The notes under the pieces were generated by a model. That model had not been told where the DNA came from. It saw only the letters and a list, made by a program, of their open reading frames with translations, and ran no database searches. A stretch of 64,000 bases of DNA from Phoronis australis. Taxonomy: Eukaryota; Animalia; Phoronida. The position numbers and the translations under genes were made by a program. Shown here piece by piece: positions 37,937-50,850 of the stretch. Numbering within the stretch: position 1 is the stretch's first letter; the number at the start of each line of letters is the position of its first letter. Location of the stretch: assembly GCA_002633005.1 (NCBI GenBank), contig NMRA01000102.1, positions 602,345-666,344 of the forward strand, in the 5' to 3' direction.

Positions 37937-38320
37937 GAGCAGATGACCTGGTTCCTGTAGAAAGTATTTTTATCAACAGTTTACAAGAAAAAACGTAACC
38001 CTGCATTGAGCAATTATAATATCTAAAATCCGTAACACTACGATACCCGCAATTTGGTCATATTTACCTTTCATGTTTCGAACCTAGTTTTCCGAAAAAA
38101 AATTACACCCTTTCGTCAGACAACTCTTTGGTGTATTGACGTGTTATCTAGTGCATTTTTCTATGTCTCTGTGGTTAATTATCGACGCATTTTTAAGATT
38201 TATTATCTAGGCATATCTCGAAAAATAGGTCATTTAACTTACGCAATTTCAACTTCCGCGTTGTTTATCGCAGTGAGCCTCGCTTTGGCTTTAAATGTCC
38301 GCCACGTGAATTAGGTCTAG
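37937..38320 (+). repeat. Dispersed repeat, copy 2
   Basis: Collinear with 3528-3900. Confidence 0.88.
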
Positions 38321-39229
38321 AGAAAACCCTAGTAACTCCTAATGTTACGCAATTGTCATTTGATAGTGAAATGAATAAATAATGAAAACTGTGCCTTGTT
38401 TCATTATTGTAACAATAACACATTACCATACTTATTTACATCAAAAGAGTGTTGCAAAACAGGTTTTTTGCAAGATTGTATTGGTAACTGGTTCTCGGAT
38501 GGTTTCCAGCACACGAGAAGACCCAGAGTAGTTTTTTTAAACTACTTTCACAACTTAATGATACATACCCTCTTTAAGCCTATAATCATGGTTTTGTTGG
38601 TGCCTCAAACAAGGAGCTGGCGTTTTTGAAGTAAATAGTCTTGTTACGAAATGTAATCTTCAAAACGTCTATCCATGGATTAGTTATATTACTGCACTTG
38701 AGTCCAGTAGGCTTAGACGGCAGATTATCATGAAACAGGTCAATGGAAGAGGGTTCTACATTGTATTTCCTTAATGCAAGCCAAAAAACCAACAGTCCTT
38801 TTGAAAACTATCAATGTTTCTTTCATACGTACTATTGCAAAAACAAAAACGCAAACTATAAAAGTTTATCAATGGTGTTGTCTGTTACTTTGGTTTCCTT
38901 AGAAGTTGTGGTGTTTCCATTGCGCACATTGTCAAAACTAGACCATGCCCAGTGCCCAATCTCTGAAGTCAGACTCGACTCGGTTTGGGGCTTCGAATTT
39001 GTCAAATCACGTTACGTGGTTTTAGTACAAACTTGCAAGCTGCCACACGTAGAAATGTGACATGAAATTGAACAGATTTTTATTTTAATTTATGTACATG
39101 TCATGCAGTAAAGTAGTCTTTCGAGGTACATGTAAGCCCAAGCGCGGAATCATACACACAACACCAGCGGCAGCAGTCCAGCGTTCTACTGGAAGAATTG
39201 AGTGACAGTTTGTATCAAATGTATTTACC

Positions 39230-39495
39230 TGGTGAAGTCAATGGCGTTATAGAAAAGCTGGCAAGCAATTGCAAGATTTGACAATGCACAAGTCAGTGAC
39301 CCTGCATGGAGAAATGTGAAGCTCAGTACTAAGTTACCATACGAAATTGTGCCAGTGGATTGTTTGTGTGTGAAGAGGAACTATATCCGACTGCCACACC
39401 AGCCAGCCTAATTGGTGAGGATGCCCTTTCATAGGCAATGAGCCACGTGTGGACAACAGCGGCTTATATTCTTTCCTGGAAGAAACATGAGGAAC
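39230..39495 (+). pseudogene. Highly decayed Gypsy integrase fragment
   Basis: YLPGEVNGVIEKLASNCKI*Q, LPYEIVPVD and PGRNMR resemble the YWPG..C..CQ / PW..V..D / GR..RT integrase motifs. Confidence 0.4.
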
Positions 39496-41609
39496 TGAAC
39501 CAAAAGAAAACCTAGTAACACTCTTGGTCTAGATCAGGGTCAGATTTTGGGCACAAAGCAAGTCAAGTGATGTGATGTTGTGTTTACCTTCACTGAATTA
39601 ATTTTGGACTTTATTGAGGCTGAATAAGTTTACATGAAGGAAAGCCATGTGCCAAAACTGCACCTTTTTACAAGTACTTCTAGAGGCCATTTAAACTCAA
39701 CCCCAGTGAAATGAAAACCAAAAGCATCTGGTATAAATACCTGTCCTTTCTCACCGAGTGACATTAACTTTTCTTTTCCGAAAAAAAGGCTTTATACTAA
39801 TGGTTAAAAACTTTTCAACTTGGTACGCATTATGCGGAAATGACATTCAAAGATTGCATCGATTGTCTTATTGTCAGTAAAAAGCCTGTGATTGTTATAT
39901 TTGATGATCAAATCGACTTTTTATTCAACAGGCAAGTTTGTCACTAATTATTCAAACCACAATATTTCTTCAGTTTCAAAGCCCCTTGCAGAGCTACTTC
40001 CTTTAAAAAACTGAAGTGATTACCGATTGCGCATGCGAATTGTCATTTTCCTGTTAACCTATAGAAATTTCCGGCAATCAAACAGAAGTATTCCTTTTGA
40101 TTGCATTTGATTTGTTTATGTGTGAAACTATTTTAGAGTTCCAAATGCAAGCAAAGTAATTATGCTTTTAATCGTAGCTAACTGGATAAGAATCTGCTAC
40201 GCACAAGATTCGAGAATAAAAAATAATCAGTGTATTTAAAAACAAATTGGCAAACTGAACAACCATATACATGTACATGCATATGTATGGGAACGACCTA
40301 AGATTAACTGCTAAAAACAACAGTAATTTTCCCAATGTAAAACCGTCCATTATCAGTGACATCAAGCTTGACTTTCTGAATTGGGAGGTTCGACTCCCTC
40401 AGGTTATTGCTGAAAAACTGCTTTTCGTATTGACGAAAGGTAAATTAGACATACCGTGAATAACACACTTCCAAGGAAGTCACGCATTTCTAAAGATATG
40501 CGAAAAGTTTCACCGCTCGTTCTTCGGGGCGGCTTGTACCTGGATCAACGATAGCGCGGCGCCAGAATCACGTACAATTGTGATGACCGAGTGCCTGATG
40601 CGAGCAAGACCCAATCCAATGTAATTATCCAACCATAAACTGTATTAAACATCTCTGACTGTGCATAATGGCGAATTTTCAAAATGCAATAACCACTAAT
40701 TTTCATTATCAACGAAAACAGCGGCGGTATTCAGCTGAAAAAATCAACCAAGTTCGATTTTCTATTTTTAAAAATCGAAGAACTAATAATCTAAAAACTA
40801 CAACCATTGGATACGATTGAAGATAAACTACGTATTGATATACTCGGCGGATATACAAATGCTGATCAGAGTTAACAATATCTTTTGGATTCATTTTTTT
40901 AATATTCTTCCAATCTCGTTTATCCAGATTTTTTTACCAGGAAATAGTTGTTGTGCCCACTTTTCATTTTTATTACTGACAAAGAGCTAGAATATTTATA
41001 TAGTCAGTGCCACCGAAATTGTCCAGAGATTCCAAATCTTCAGTTTGGTTATCACCATATTTGCACTTTTGTATATATTTTATGATTTGAGTTCTAATAA
41101 AGGTTAAACTTTAATGACACGTGAAATGTTTAGTGAACCTGTAATGTGGTAAGTTTAGGGATGGGCTCACAATAAACTTAACTAATTAAGTTTAGCTGGC
41201 GATCAAAATCTACCACTGTTTTTGCTACTTAAAGTTCAAAACTTAGACAAAAAGTTATCAACCCGTTTCAGGTAAAAAAAAACAAGTGGACAGAAGCTTT
41301 AAAAATTAAACAAAGGAAACCAATATAAAACTTATCGTTCCTTTGGGAAGTGGTGCTTGGTGAAGATAAACACAAGTTAACATTTTTAGTCATTTCGTAA
41401 TAATTGTAATGTACCAAGTAAAAACTACTCTCCAGAGTTGCAGGCTATAACTGTTGAGACAGAAATGGAAGCAATTACCTTTCCACTTCATTAGCTCAGA
41501 TCTACATCAAAACAGAGGGCGTGCTGAATAGTCATATTAAAACTTGTCTGGGGCTTAGGGAATCTGAGCGGTCACCAGTCAAGCAAGAAATTTTCCACAT
41601 GAGGGAAAA

Positions 41610-42133
41610 GCGGCTGGTTTCAGTCATTTTCTCTCACCTGTAACAGATAATTATTAGCCAATTATAAAAGAAAACACAAAATAAAACTTAGTAGTCTACT
41701 ATTTTAATGCAGATTATACTTGACATCCCTTCTTCGTGTTTACATGTATATGTAGAAACTAATAATGTTTGTATGTAACCCTTATTATAGATCTGAATTA
41801 AAATATGTGAAACAGGCTAAAAGTGTATTTTTCATGAAACCTAAAATGTGTTTCTGATCTCAACAAATATGATGCATTCTAGTATAATGCATTCTAGGTG
41901 TCAATATTTATTCTAATGCAATCTAATGAATTTACTGAATAGCTCATTCATGTCACTAATCTGGTAGTCCTGGGGGTGGGGTTCGCTATATATTAAAGAA
42001 ACCCACTCATCTAGAGAATTTTATTGGACATAGCATAGTTCTGTAAAGTAACTGCTGTGTAAAAGCCACGATTGACTTCTGAGCGGCACGTCCCGTACAC
42101 CTCTTACAGTATATTGGGACCACTCCCACGCGG
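41610..42133 (-). repeat. Terminal segment of a non-autonomous DNA transposon; inverted homologue at 56212-56679
   Basis: gaatttactgaatagctcattcatg, tgtgtttctgatctcaacaaat and ttgacttctgag.ggcacgtccc match the reverse complement of 56212-56679. Confidence 0.85.
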
Positions 42134-42305
42134 AACTTTCTAAAGCCGCTCCGAAGTGGTAGCGTATAACAACTAATATTAAAATCTCTTGGTCTATTTA
42201 CACTGTCATGACGTTTCGGTCGGTCTATTTTCCAGTCATCGTCAATGTTCCCGCGTTCTTAGAAAAACGAGCACGAATATGTGGTACACTCAGGTGTGAT
42301 TTTTT

Positions 42306-42387
42306 GTCGTAGGCAGGATTTGAAGCCACGACTTCTGAAACTCTAGATAATTCGAGTCCAACACCTTAATCACTACACCACGGAGTC
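42306..42387 (-). pseudogene. tRNA-Ser-like pseudogene or SINE head
   Basis: rc gactccgtggtgtagtgattaaggtgttggactcgaa...ggcttcaaatcctgcc resembles tRNA-Ser(CGA) (ttaaggcgttggactcgaa...ttcgaatcctgc), but the stems are broken. Confidence 0.6.
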
Positions 42388-43711
42388 AACCAGAGGAACG
42401 AAAACGTCGAATTGGTAAAACATAGTCAGAGCTCTTTGCCTTTTTTAGATTGAGTTTCTCGAATTTCAGTCTGAATCATCGTCCATTTTACCAGCTTAGC
42501 TTCCAATTGTCAAACATCGTCTACGAATCAGTCGATTTCCGTAGATGAATAGACATGGAAATCAGAAACCAACGAACCCTTGGTGGTTACCCGACACAAG
42601 AAATGACACCTTGGGCCGTCAAATTGTTAACGCAGTGTATAACTAAAGGTACACACAGCGCGCGTTTTGAGATAACATAAGTTTGTTAACTAATTTTGAA
42701 ACCTCTTAAATCCGCAATTTACTGGTTGTATTTAAGATGAATCCCGAAAGCATGCACCTAGGCATTTGACGGACAGACAGGAGATTGTGGAAGACCGGGC
42801 ATCTAATTAAACATTTACACCGAACGCTGTCATTAAATATAGACGGGCTGAAAGGATTTGTGGAATATGCAATGCTGGTCCAATTAAAAACGAGCCCCGT
42901 TTCACGTGTCACTACCTCGCCTTGGTGATGTGTGCAGAAACTTTATGACAATTATGGCAGATGATGCCAGAGTGATATATGTAGATTATTTCAAAACCGT
43001 AATCTTTGTAAACTAAAGTGCCTGGCGCGATTTATTTGAAGAGAAACAGTGTTAAGTGCTGAAATTTGATCACTTTAATGTTGCAATGTATTGTAACGGG
43101 GGCGGTATCTACGACCAAGGCGCCCCGATTTTACGAGCCCGGTGCGGACTGAGGGTGATATTGAAAACTAAAAGTTGGAGAATAATACATAGGTTTATTG
43201 TAAGAATATATAACTACAATATCTCACACTTACAAGCAATCCAGTTGTTCCATGATTTAGTATCGCAGCGTTGTGATTTATACAGTTCTGATACACGGGC
43301 AAGCCAGTCGCTGATTAATAGTTGTGTGTGCAAGAACGGGGCAATTTGGTTATTCAGATCCGAAAGGTGAGATGCAATCAAGCTCGGGAGGAGCCCGAGA
43401 ATTGCATGGGGCTANNNNNNNNNNNNNNNNNNNNNNNNNNNNNNNNNNNNNNNNNNNNNNNNNNNNNNNNNNNNNNNNNNNNNNNNNNNNNNNNNNNNNN
43501 NNNNNNNNNNNNNNNNNNNNNNNNNNNNNNNNNNNNNNNNNNNNNNNNNNNNNNNNNNNNNNNNNNNNNNNNNNNNNNNNNNNNNNNNNNNNNNNNNNNN
43601 NNNNNNNNNNNNNNNNNNNNNNNNNNNNNNNNNNNNNNNNNNNNNNNNNNNNNNNNNNNNNNNNNNNNNNNNNNNNNNNNNNNNNNNNNNNNNNNNNNNN
43701 NNNNNNNNNNN

Positions 43712-43741
<30 letters not shown>
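43712..43741. repeat. (CA)n microsatellite at the edge of assembly gap 43415-43711
   Basis: Pure CA run directly after the N block. Confidence 0.95.
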
Positions 43742-43743
<2 letters not shown>

Positions 43744-45039
43744 GTCTCAAACTGTCCATACCACGACAAAAGCTGATTTTCATTTCCTAAACGTGAGACC
43801 AAGGCACTGCCAAGTGAAGAAGATTGTCAACAAACAAAATCTTACCTAACCGTTCCAAAACTTGACTTTTTCATATTGTAATTAAGGCGTGGTGATTTTT
43901 CAATTCCATTTAATGACATAGCTTATTAATAATTGATTCGGAAATGAATTAACAAATTAATGGGCGTTGATGATTTAATTATTTAAGTATCAGTTTAAAT
44001 AAAATTGAGTGATTAACATCTTAAATCTCGATATGGTTTCCACAGCCAATGACCTGTTACATCCAAATTCATTTCAAAATATTCAGATCGATTTAAAATA
44101 TTCCAACTAAAACTGATTTCGTCACGTGTTGTTGCACTGCACATGAGACATGAACATGTCGTGCCCCAAAATATCGGATACATAGGTTTTAAACTTCCAA
44201 GGTTCTTGTGGAAATTACAACGAGGACTGAACAGCAAACGCAAACAATATCAGTAACAACAAAACAAAGGCTCTATCTATTAGGGACAACAAATACAAAT
44301 AAAAGACTGAGGTCATACGTCAATATACATGTAACTATTTACAATAATTTAGGATTACAGGGCAAGTTCAAACTGAAGTGATCCCAGTCCAGCTACGTTA
44401 ATAATATTTTAGCCAAAGCGGTCTTAGTAACAATTGAACACATTAATTCGCAATTTTGTTGCTTCCGCCGGAAATGAGTTCAACGGAAAATGTGAGCACA
44501 TTAATCACTCAACAAGTAACATCGGCGTGATCTAATTCTGATGTAAACTCTTGAAACGCAAAGAATAAAATGTGGGTCAAATACTGACAAAAATTTTTTG
44601 ATGTCTTGTTCATATTTGCATAGCAGAAACTGATACCTTTCCTGTGATGTATGGTTATATCGAAAAAATAATATCCGGTTTGACTGCCTCACTTTCATGT
44701 TTGGAACGATGATTGATGCCTTGGAAATAGCTAATATTAGCAATGAAAACATAGATATCATTACGAAAAGAACATTTGAATCGTCTACGCAATTCCGATA
44801 GCCGCTGTAACAGAGAGCAGCTCATGACATTTGTTTTTACTACGGCCATGTTGCTTGGGTAGAGCAAATTTACCACGGAATGCGGGTTGTAGCCGTGATT
44901 TTTTGAAAAATTAAATAGGAACCTCATTTCGTCAAATTTCTGTAGATTTACAGCGAGGATTATCGAAGTACGTTTCGGAGTTAAAAATTCTCTCGTGTCA
45001 GCAGTTGAGCTACCTTCAAATGACACCACCCGAATCGTC

Positions 45040-45925
45040 TCACTTTACCTATCAACATCCTCGTGCCGAGTTAATACATGTATCTATGCGCCAACTGTGC
45101 TCTACTTCTGAGCCTTAAATCGAGTTCTACAAGGAGTTGGACACTACCATCAGAGGGATTATTGCCACAGAGAAAATGTTCTTGCATGGTGATGTCAACG
45201 TCCAAGCGGGATCCGACTACTACTCATGGTCTAGAAATATTGGGCACTTTGGTGTAGGAAAACTCAACGAGAATGCTCAGACTGAGGCTTCAATGGCTTT
45301 GCAGTTACTACAACCTCTGTATTACAAACGCGTTCTTTTTCACCAAACCGCAACACAGCGTGACCTGGTGACATCCTAGATATCGCCAATGGCATGAACA
45401 GGACCTCGTTGTCACTCGAAGACTTGCTCTTAAGAGCGTAGCTTCACTCGCAGCTATCGTAGTGACGTCTGCGACACTGATCACTCCATGGTGAGCAGCA
45501 GGGTGTGGCTTCAGCCCAAACAAATCCACCTCTTTAGGTAAATAGAACGCCAACGCATCAACAAATCCAAAACCAGCGTAACTAAAAGGTGTGTCAATGT
45601 GTACTGGTTGAATCTCTTTCAAAATATCTATCTCTCTTCTGACCAAAAAATCATCAACGCCATGCATAAAAGGCCTTTGGACCTAGCGTAAGTAAGATTG
45701 CTCCACTAAAGACTGCCTCTGTTGACATCATAACTGACCGCAGTAAGCAGACGGAAAGATGTGTAGAGCAATACCAACCATTCTACTCGAGAGAGAAAAG
45801 TCAGCGACAGAAACTATAGTGGATGGCTTTGCTTCCCATACAGGAAGAGCATGAGAGAGCACCTTCTGTGGAGGAAGTCAGTAAAGCCGTCGACGTCGTG
45901 GCTTGGGGCAAAACCACAGGAACAG
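45040..45925 (+). pseudogene. RTE-clade non-LTR retrotransposon relic: APE endonuclease plus linker
   Basis: IYAPT..EFYKEL, FLHGDVNVQAGSD..IGHFGVGKLNENAQ, NLCITNAFF, TW*HPR..WHEQDLVVTRR, TRSYRS..CDTDHSMV, KAFGP..KIAPLK, PSVEEVSKAV across frameshifts. Confidence 0.85.
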
Positions 45926-46141
45926 CTTGATGTTTTCAAGGCTGCACGCCAGTCCTATTAATTTTTTTGGAGAGCTGGCGACATATGAACTACTTATTTA
46001 TGTCTTTTTAGCAAAATTGATCAAAACCGAACTATTGGCCGTTATAATCCACCCATGAGAATATTTGCATAACTAAACTAACGAATAAAAACCGTCTCAA
46101 CGGTTTAGCATGGATTTCGATGAATTAAATTGGACATAAAA

Positions 46142-46571
46142 TGTGGTTGGTAGCCGTCTCTCTCGACCTACAGTGGATTTGCACCCTCTGTCAGTCATTG
46201 GTTGGCTTGCGCCGTCAACTGTGGCTAAAATGTCCGATTCTGGAAGTGCGTGTTCTGCAGTAGTTGTAACATGTGTATGTTAGGTCCTGATCAGAAGGAG
46301 CAGAGGGTGCTCTCTTACTCTTGTGTTCATTAAGTATTGTCTGTTTTTTCTGCTCACTAGTTTTGATTCACAACTTGACAGTCGACCTCAACCTGCTGGG
46401 ATCGGAAGCCACAACTTCCCAATATGTGACATTAATGCTTGGCGTCTTCAGATCACGCTTCCAAGCATCTTTATGACGAAGCATATGCCTTCCTGTAGGT
46501 CTGGTTCCAGTAGCAAGCTCTCCATAACAATTTCCTTTGGCGTTATCTTCTCCACAGCTCGTTGTAAGTAG
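46142..46571 (-). pseudogene. RTE-clade retrotransposon 3' end
   Basis: YGELATGTRPTGR..LRHKD..KRDLK....WEVVASD...YTC..CRTRTSRIGHFSH, the typical RTE C-terminus, followed by a short 3' UTR. Confidence 0.82.
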
Positions 46572-47229
46572 ACTTGTAACTGTCTGCGAATAAGAATTAT
46601 GTTACAGACACGCTCCACAAGCCGTAAAACAGAATTTTGCCTAAATATTGCAAATTAAAATCGTACATGTGGTAGTTGTGAGACCTGGATGAAGCAACAT
46701 ACTGTAAAAGTTCATAATCACAGCATAAAATACTCATTTAAAGAAGCGAAGTCGGCGGCAGTATATGCAAAATGTCATTTTCTAGAAACATACGTTGCTC
46801 TCGATGCCATCTTATGTATCTCTGAGTATTTTCCGCCGTAAGTTGATGTCGTGATTTGTGAAAAGGTGTCAACCGTTAACTTAATGTCTTAGTTTGCAAT
46901 TGAATGCCATTGGTTGATTTAGAAACGGGACCCATCTCGAAGCGGACGTCGAAGTCGCCTTTTTGGAGGTGGTCTTTCTATCGATAGATTTTTTTAATTT
47001 TGATTTGCTAATTCTTGTGCAAGAAACGTGAACAGAACAGATCTAGGATGATAATTTTATAATCCAATTAGGTTTTTAAACTATTGTTAATGTCGCACAT
47101 TCCACATTTACCCGATTTAACTTTTGATAGAAGGAAGTGTCACAAACTCGGGCTTCTAACTCTTCTGATAATAACAGTTGATTCAGTAACTAATTTTGTC
47201 ATCAGTGGAAAGCGCTCAGAAATTTAAAT

Positions 47230-49098
47230 TCTCAACAGCAGGTACCCAGCGAGGGTCCCTACTTTGACGAGGCCCATAGCACAAGGCATAACATATATAC
47301 ATATGAATCTGTTTGATCGGACTCAGCAATTTGTGGTTTCGCAGCATTTCATGACTGCTTCCCTTGCGCTACATGAGCTTACAACTTGAGAATAGCCAGA
47401 ATCTAGAGGTGTACGACTGTATTGCAATAAAAACTCTTGTAACGCTTCTTTTGGCGACAAACCAGATTGCTTGAAAGTCTGTACCAAACACTCTGCATTT
47501 CCATTTGTAGCTGGACGGTAGGGGGTACAGGTGTACAATATCACGCTCTAGGCACCAAGCCTGAAATTCTTCAGAGTAAAATGTTGCTGCATTATCAGTT
47601 ACTAACGTGTCAGGATAACCAAAATGCGGAATCTCCCTTTCAAGCAATTCCCTTGTTGTTTTTGTTGACAGTGAATGTTGGCTGTATACATGGGTATTTA
47701 GAACACTCATCTGCCATGACCAACTAGTTTGTTCCAAGAAATTGTATGGCATGATCAACATGAACACGGCTCCATGGCTTTTCGGGTAGCATCCATGGAT
47801 GAATAGCTGCTTTCGTTGATCTGTTTTGATGTTCAGTACAAGCCGTGCAATGACGTACATGTACACGTACCAGTTCTTCAATATCCTCGTTAATATGTGG
47901 CCAATAAACCACAGTCCGTGCTAGTTGCTTCATTCTCTGCATTCCGAAATGGACAATATGAAGCAGATCCAACACCTGTTTTCGTAATTTCTTTGGAATA
48001 ACTACCCGTGTACCATGAAAAAGACATCCATCTTCTGTGGTCAAGCTATCTTTCAATTTTCAGAAATATTTCAATTCTTCGGAATCCATAGAAACTGGCC
48101 AATCTCTTATGGCATATCTCATTGCTTTAGAAATGCCAAAATCCTTGGTAGATTCTTTATTAAGCAATTTAGAGTTAATAGTGTTCAATTACAGACTTAC
48201 TTGATTAACAGAACAGACAACATTCACGTCTGCTTGCTCTTCCTCCCTGTCAAATTCGGATCCTTACCACAGGGTAAGCGACACAATGCATCTGCATTAG
48301 AATGGAGTAGGTTTCGTAGATTCTGAAGATGTTCTTCTGCGTTGCGACCGCTTTCAAAAATACCATCCAAGTATACAACCACGCCATTTAAATCGCTAGT
48401 TAATTTTTCCATGATATCTTGGAAATAACCAGGGGCTGAACTATTGCCAAATGGCAATCTGTTTCGTAGAAGAACTCCACGATGTGTGGATAGTGCCAGA
48501 CGTCTCTGACTTTCCGAAGTTATTTAATCTAATTATACGCATCAGCCAAATCAATTTTCGTGAAATAAAAGCCGCCACTGAGTTTTCGCATAAGATCTTC
48601 AGGCAGGGTTATCGGATGACGATGAGTTTCAAGCTGAGGATTTATACTGAGTAATCTCCGCGCACTCTTAATTTCCGTTTACTTTGGCCAGGAAGCGGTG
48701 CTTTTCTTATAGGGACAACTGATGTTCCATACTCGTTGAATTGTGTAGGTTCCCAAATTCCACGTTTAATACCAGCAACATATACCAGATTCAAGTCATC
48801 CAGTGAAGCAAAAGGTACTGTGTGAGGTGTGCAAAATATTGGTTGGACGTACATAAGGCTTGAATTTTACATCTAATTCGAAAGCTTTTAAACGTCCCAG
48901 TTCAGGTTTGAATAGGTCTGGAAATTCATCGCAGATAATTTTGCACGCGTGCTGAAACTCTGCATCACTTTTCTTGTCCTCATGACAAACAACACCAACT
49001 TTGTCATTTTGGTTGTCATCACGCAAAATGGAATTCCAACAGAGTGCAGTGACATCTATCTTTAGCTGTCGAACTGCCGTTCGGCCAACATTATTCAA
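47230..49098 (-). pseudogene. Degenerate Gypsy (K02A2.6-like) pol: RT and integrase fragments
   Basis: EFPDLFKPELG, LRVRGDYSV, MPFGNSSAPGYFQ, YLDG, NADALCRLP, GTRVVIP..LH..HFGMQRMKQLAR..YWP, PWSRVHVD, LVTDNA, PATNGNAE, YGPR...PRWVPA; many frameshifts and deletions. Confidence 0.9.
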
Positions 49099-49834
49099 AT
49101 CGTGTTTACTTACTACTTATTTAATCTTTGCTGTCATTTGTGACATTTATACACTAGTCTATTACTTAGCAATTACAGCAACTTAGCTTTTTTACAATTA
49201 TATCTCGGTGTTATTCTCCACCTTAAGCTTAAATTCCATTTTCCTCATGTTTCTGTTAAATTCAATGTCGTAGAAATAGCCCAACTGGCTAATGACAATC
49301 TGTTCTTCGAACAACGTTAAATAAAGATTCTTGATCTTGATTCTTGACCTATTTACATGTATGATGACCCAGATTGAAACTTCAGCGAGACCCAAAATAG
49401 CGATCTGATTATCGGTAAATTTTGAGTTTAGGGCAGTAAATTTCTTTTTCAGGAACGATGCCTTGGATTAATAATTTAGGTAACCCAAATTATTGAACCA
49501 AATAAAATTTGGAGTTGTACACGCGAATTTGCTCCACCAACAGACTGCACAGCAAACGTGAAATACGGCTTCCACCATTGTATACCGCTTTTACCGTTAT
49601 ATACGGATTGGCTCTACTTTCCCGTGTATTGCAGTTAATGACATGACGCATACTATGACCATAATTTCAAATATATGGGATAAGACGTTGTACTTCGTAA
49701 TCTTATCATCACCACTCTCAGCAGTGTTACAGCTACATGTACAGAGGGAACGTTCTATGCCGTCTTCACTCCTATTTCTCAAGTCGTTACAATCGTGTCA
49801 ACATAGCGGATCAAAACAGAGATGACGGTCCCTA

Positions 49835-50244
49835 GTGGCCGGTTGCATGAAACGGTCTCACCTAGAGACGCAACTAAGTTGCCTAAATCTTTTGCGTACT
49901 TGTTTCGTAATTTAATCACATACATGATATTTTTTATCATTTTATGATCCTCTTTGACTCATGACGTTTTCTAATAATACAACTTAAACTTCAGATCTTT
50001 ATTCAATCAAAACAATTAAGGACATAGTCCTAAAATTAGGGGCGTTGCATGAAAAGATCCTTACTTATGTAGAATTCAATGTAGGGTTCAATATAGATTT
50101 GTATCCAAGCCAAAATTGGCTTAGTATTGATTCTTGCACTGCCTAAGAAGTGACAATCATTGTTTTTATAAGCCCGAAAATAGGCAATAGATATAGGAAA
50201 CTTAGTTGAGTCTCTGTTTGAGACTGTTTCATGAAACAGTGCAC
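49835..50244. mobile_element. PIF/Harbinger-like MITE with ~50-bp TIRs
   Basis: gtggccggttgcatgaaacggtctcacctagagacgcaactaagttgccta vs rc of right end gtgcactgtttcatgaaacagtctcaaacagagactcaactaagtttccta. Confidence 0.75.
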
Positions 50245-50850
50245 AGGTCCCCTATGTCCAATGTGATCCACTATGTTAACACATCTGACCATTTCCGACA
50301 ATAGCAAGTTTTAACACATGAAAGCTTATATTTTTTAAATCTTCTGTCAGCTTAGAAACATAAACACGTAGTAGATAAAATCACACAAAGGAACCCAGTG
50401 TAATACATTGTTATATAGCGCAAGGGCTAGCCGCCTGCGCATTGGATACCGTAAGATCGAGGAGCAAAGTGGTTTTGTGAGATTCTACGATCTTTTTAAA
50501 ACTGCACACGTAAAAGTAAATCTACACTTTAAAACACTTACCGTTAGATAACAAATATTAATAACGGACAACACCATGAATAACACTCAGGGTTATACTT
50601 GCGCAAATGTAAGAGATAGTCGCCTGGTTCGTGGTTACATCTTGAAAATTACCACTTTCACCTACTCAGCTCTCATTTTCATCTCATACAACGGCTAAAA
50701 TCTACAATTGATGCCACTAGGCTATCTCAAACCTCGCGCGAAATGTAAGCCTGCGCGGTATGGAGAGCTGATTAATTCGGTGAAAAGTGCTTCTTGTGTA
50801 AAGGTACATGTTCTTCTTTTGGACAACTGCAATAATAATACAATACTTGG

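Noticed and set aside
43091-43414. Possible LTR (tgtaacg start, minus-strand AATAAA) running into the gap
   Set aside because: No second LTR, TSD, PBS or PPT is visible because of the gap.
43322-43849. ORFs of 120-175 aa spanning the N block
   Set aside because: Artefacts of N translation and the CA repeat.
45308-45667. Minus-strand ORF with PFSYAGF, suggestive of BEL/Pao integrase
   Set aside because: The plus strand matches RTE endonuclease motifs far better; this is its antisense shadow.
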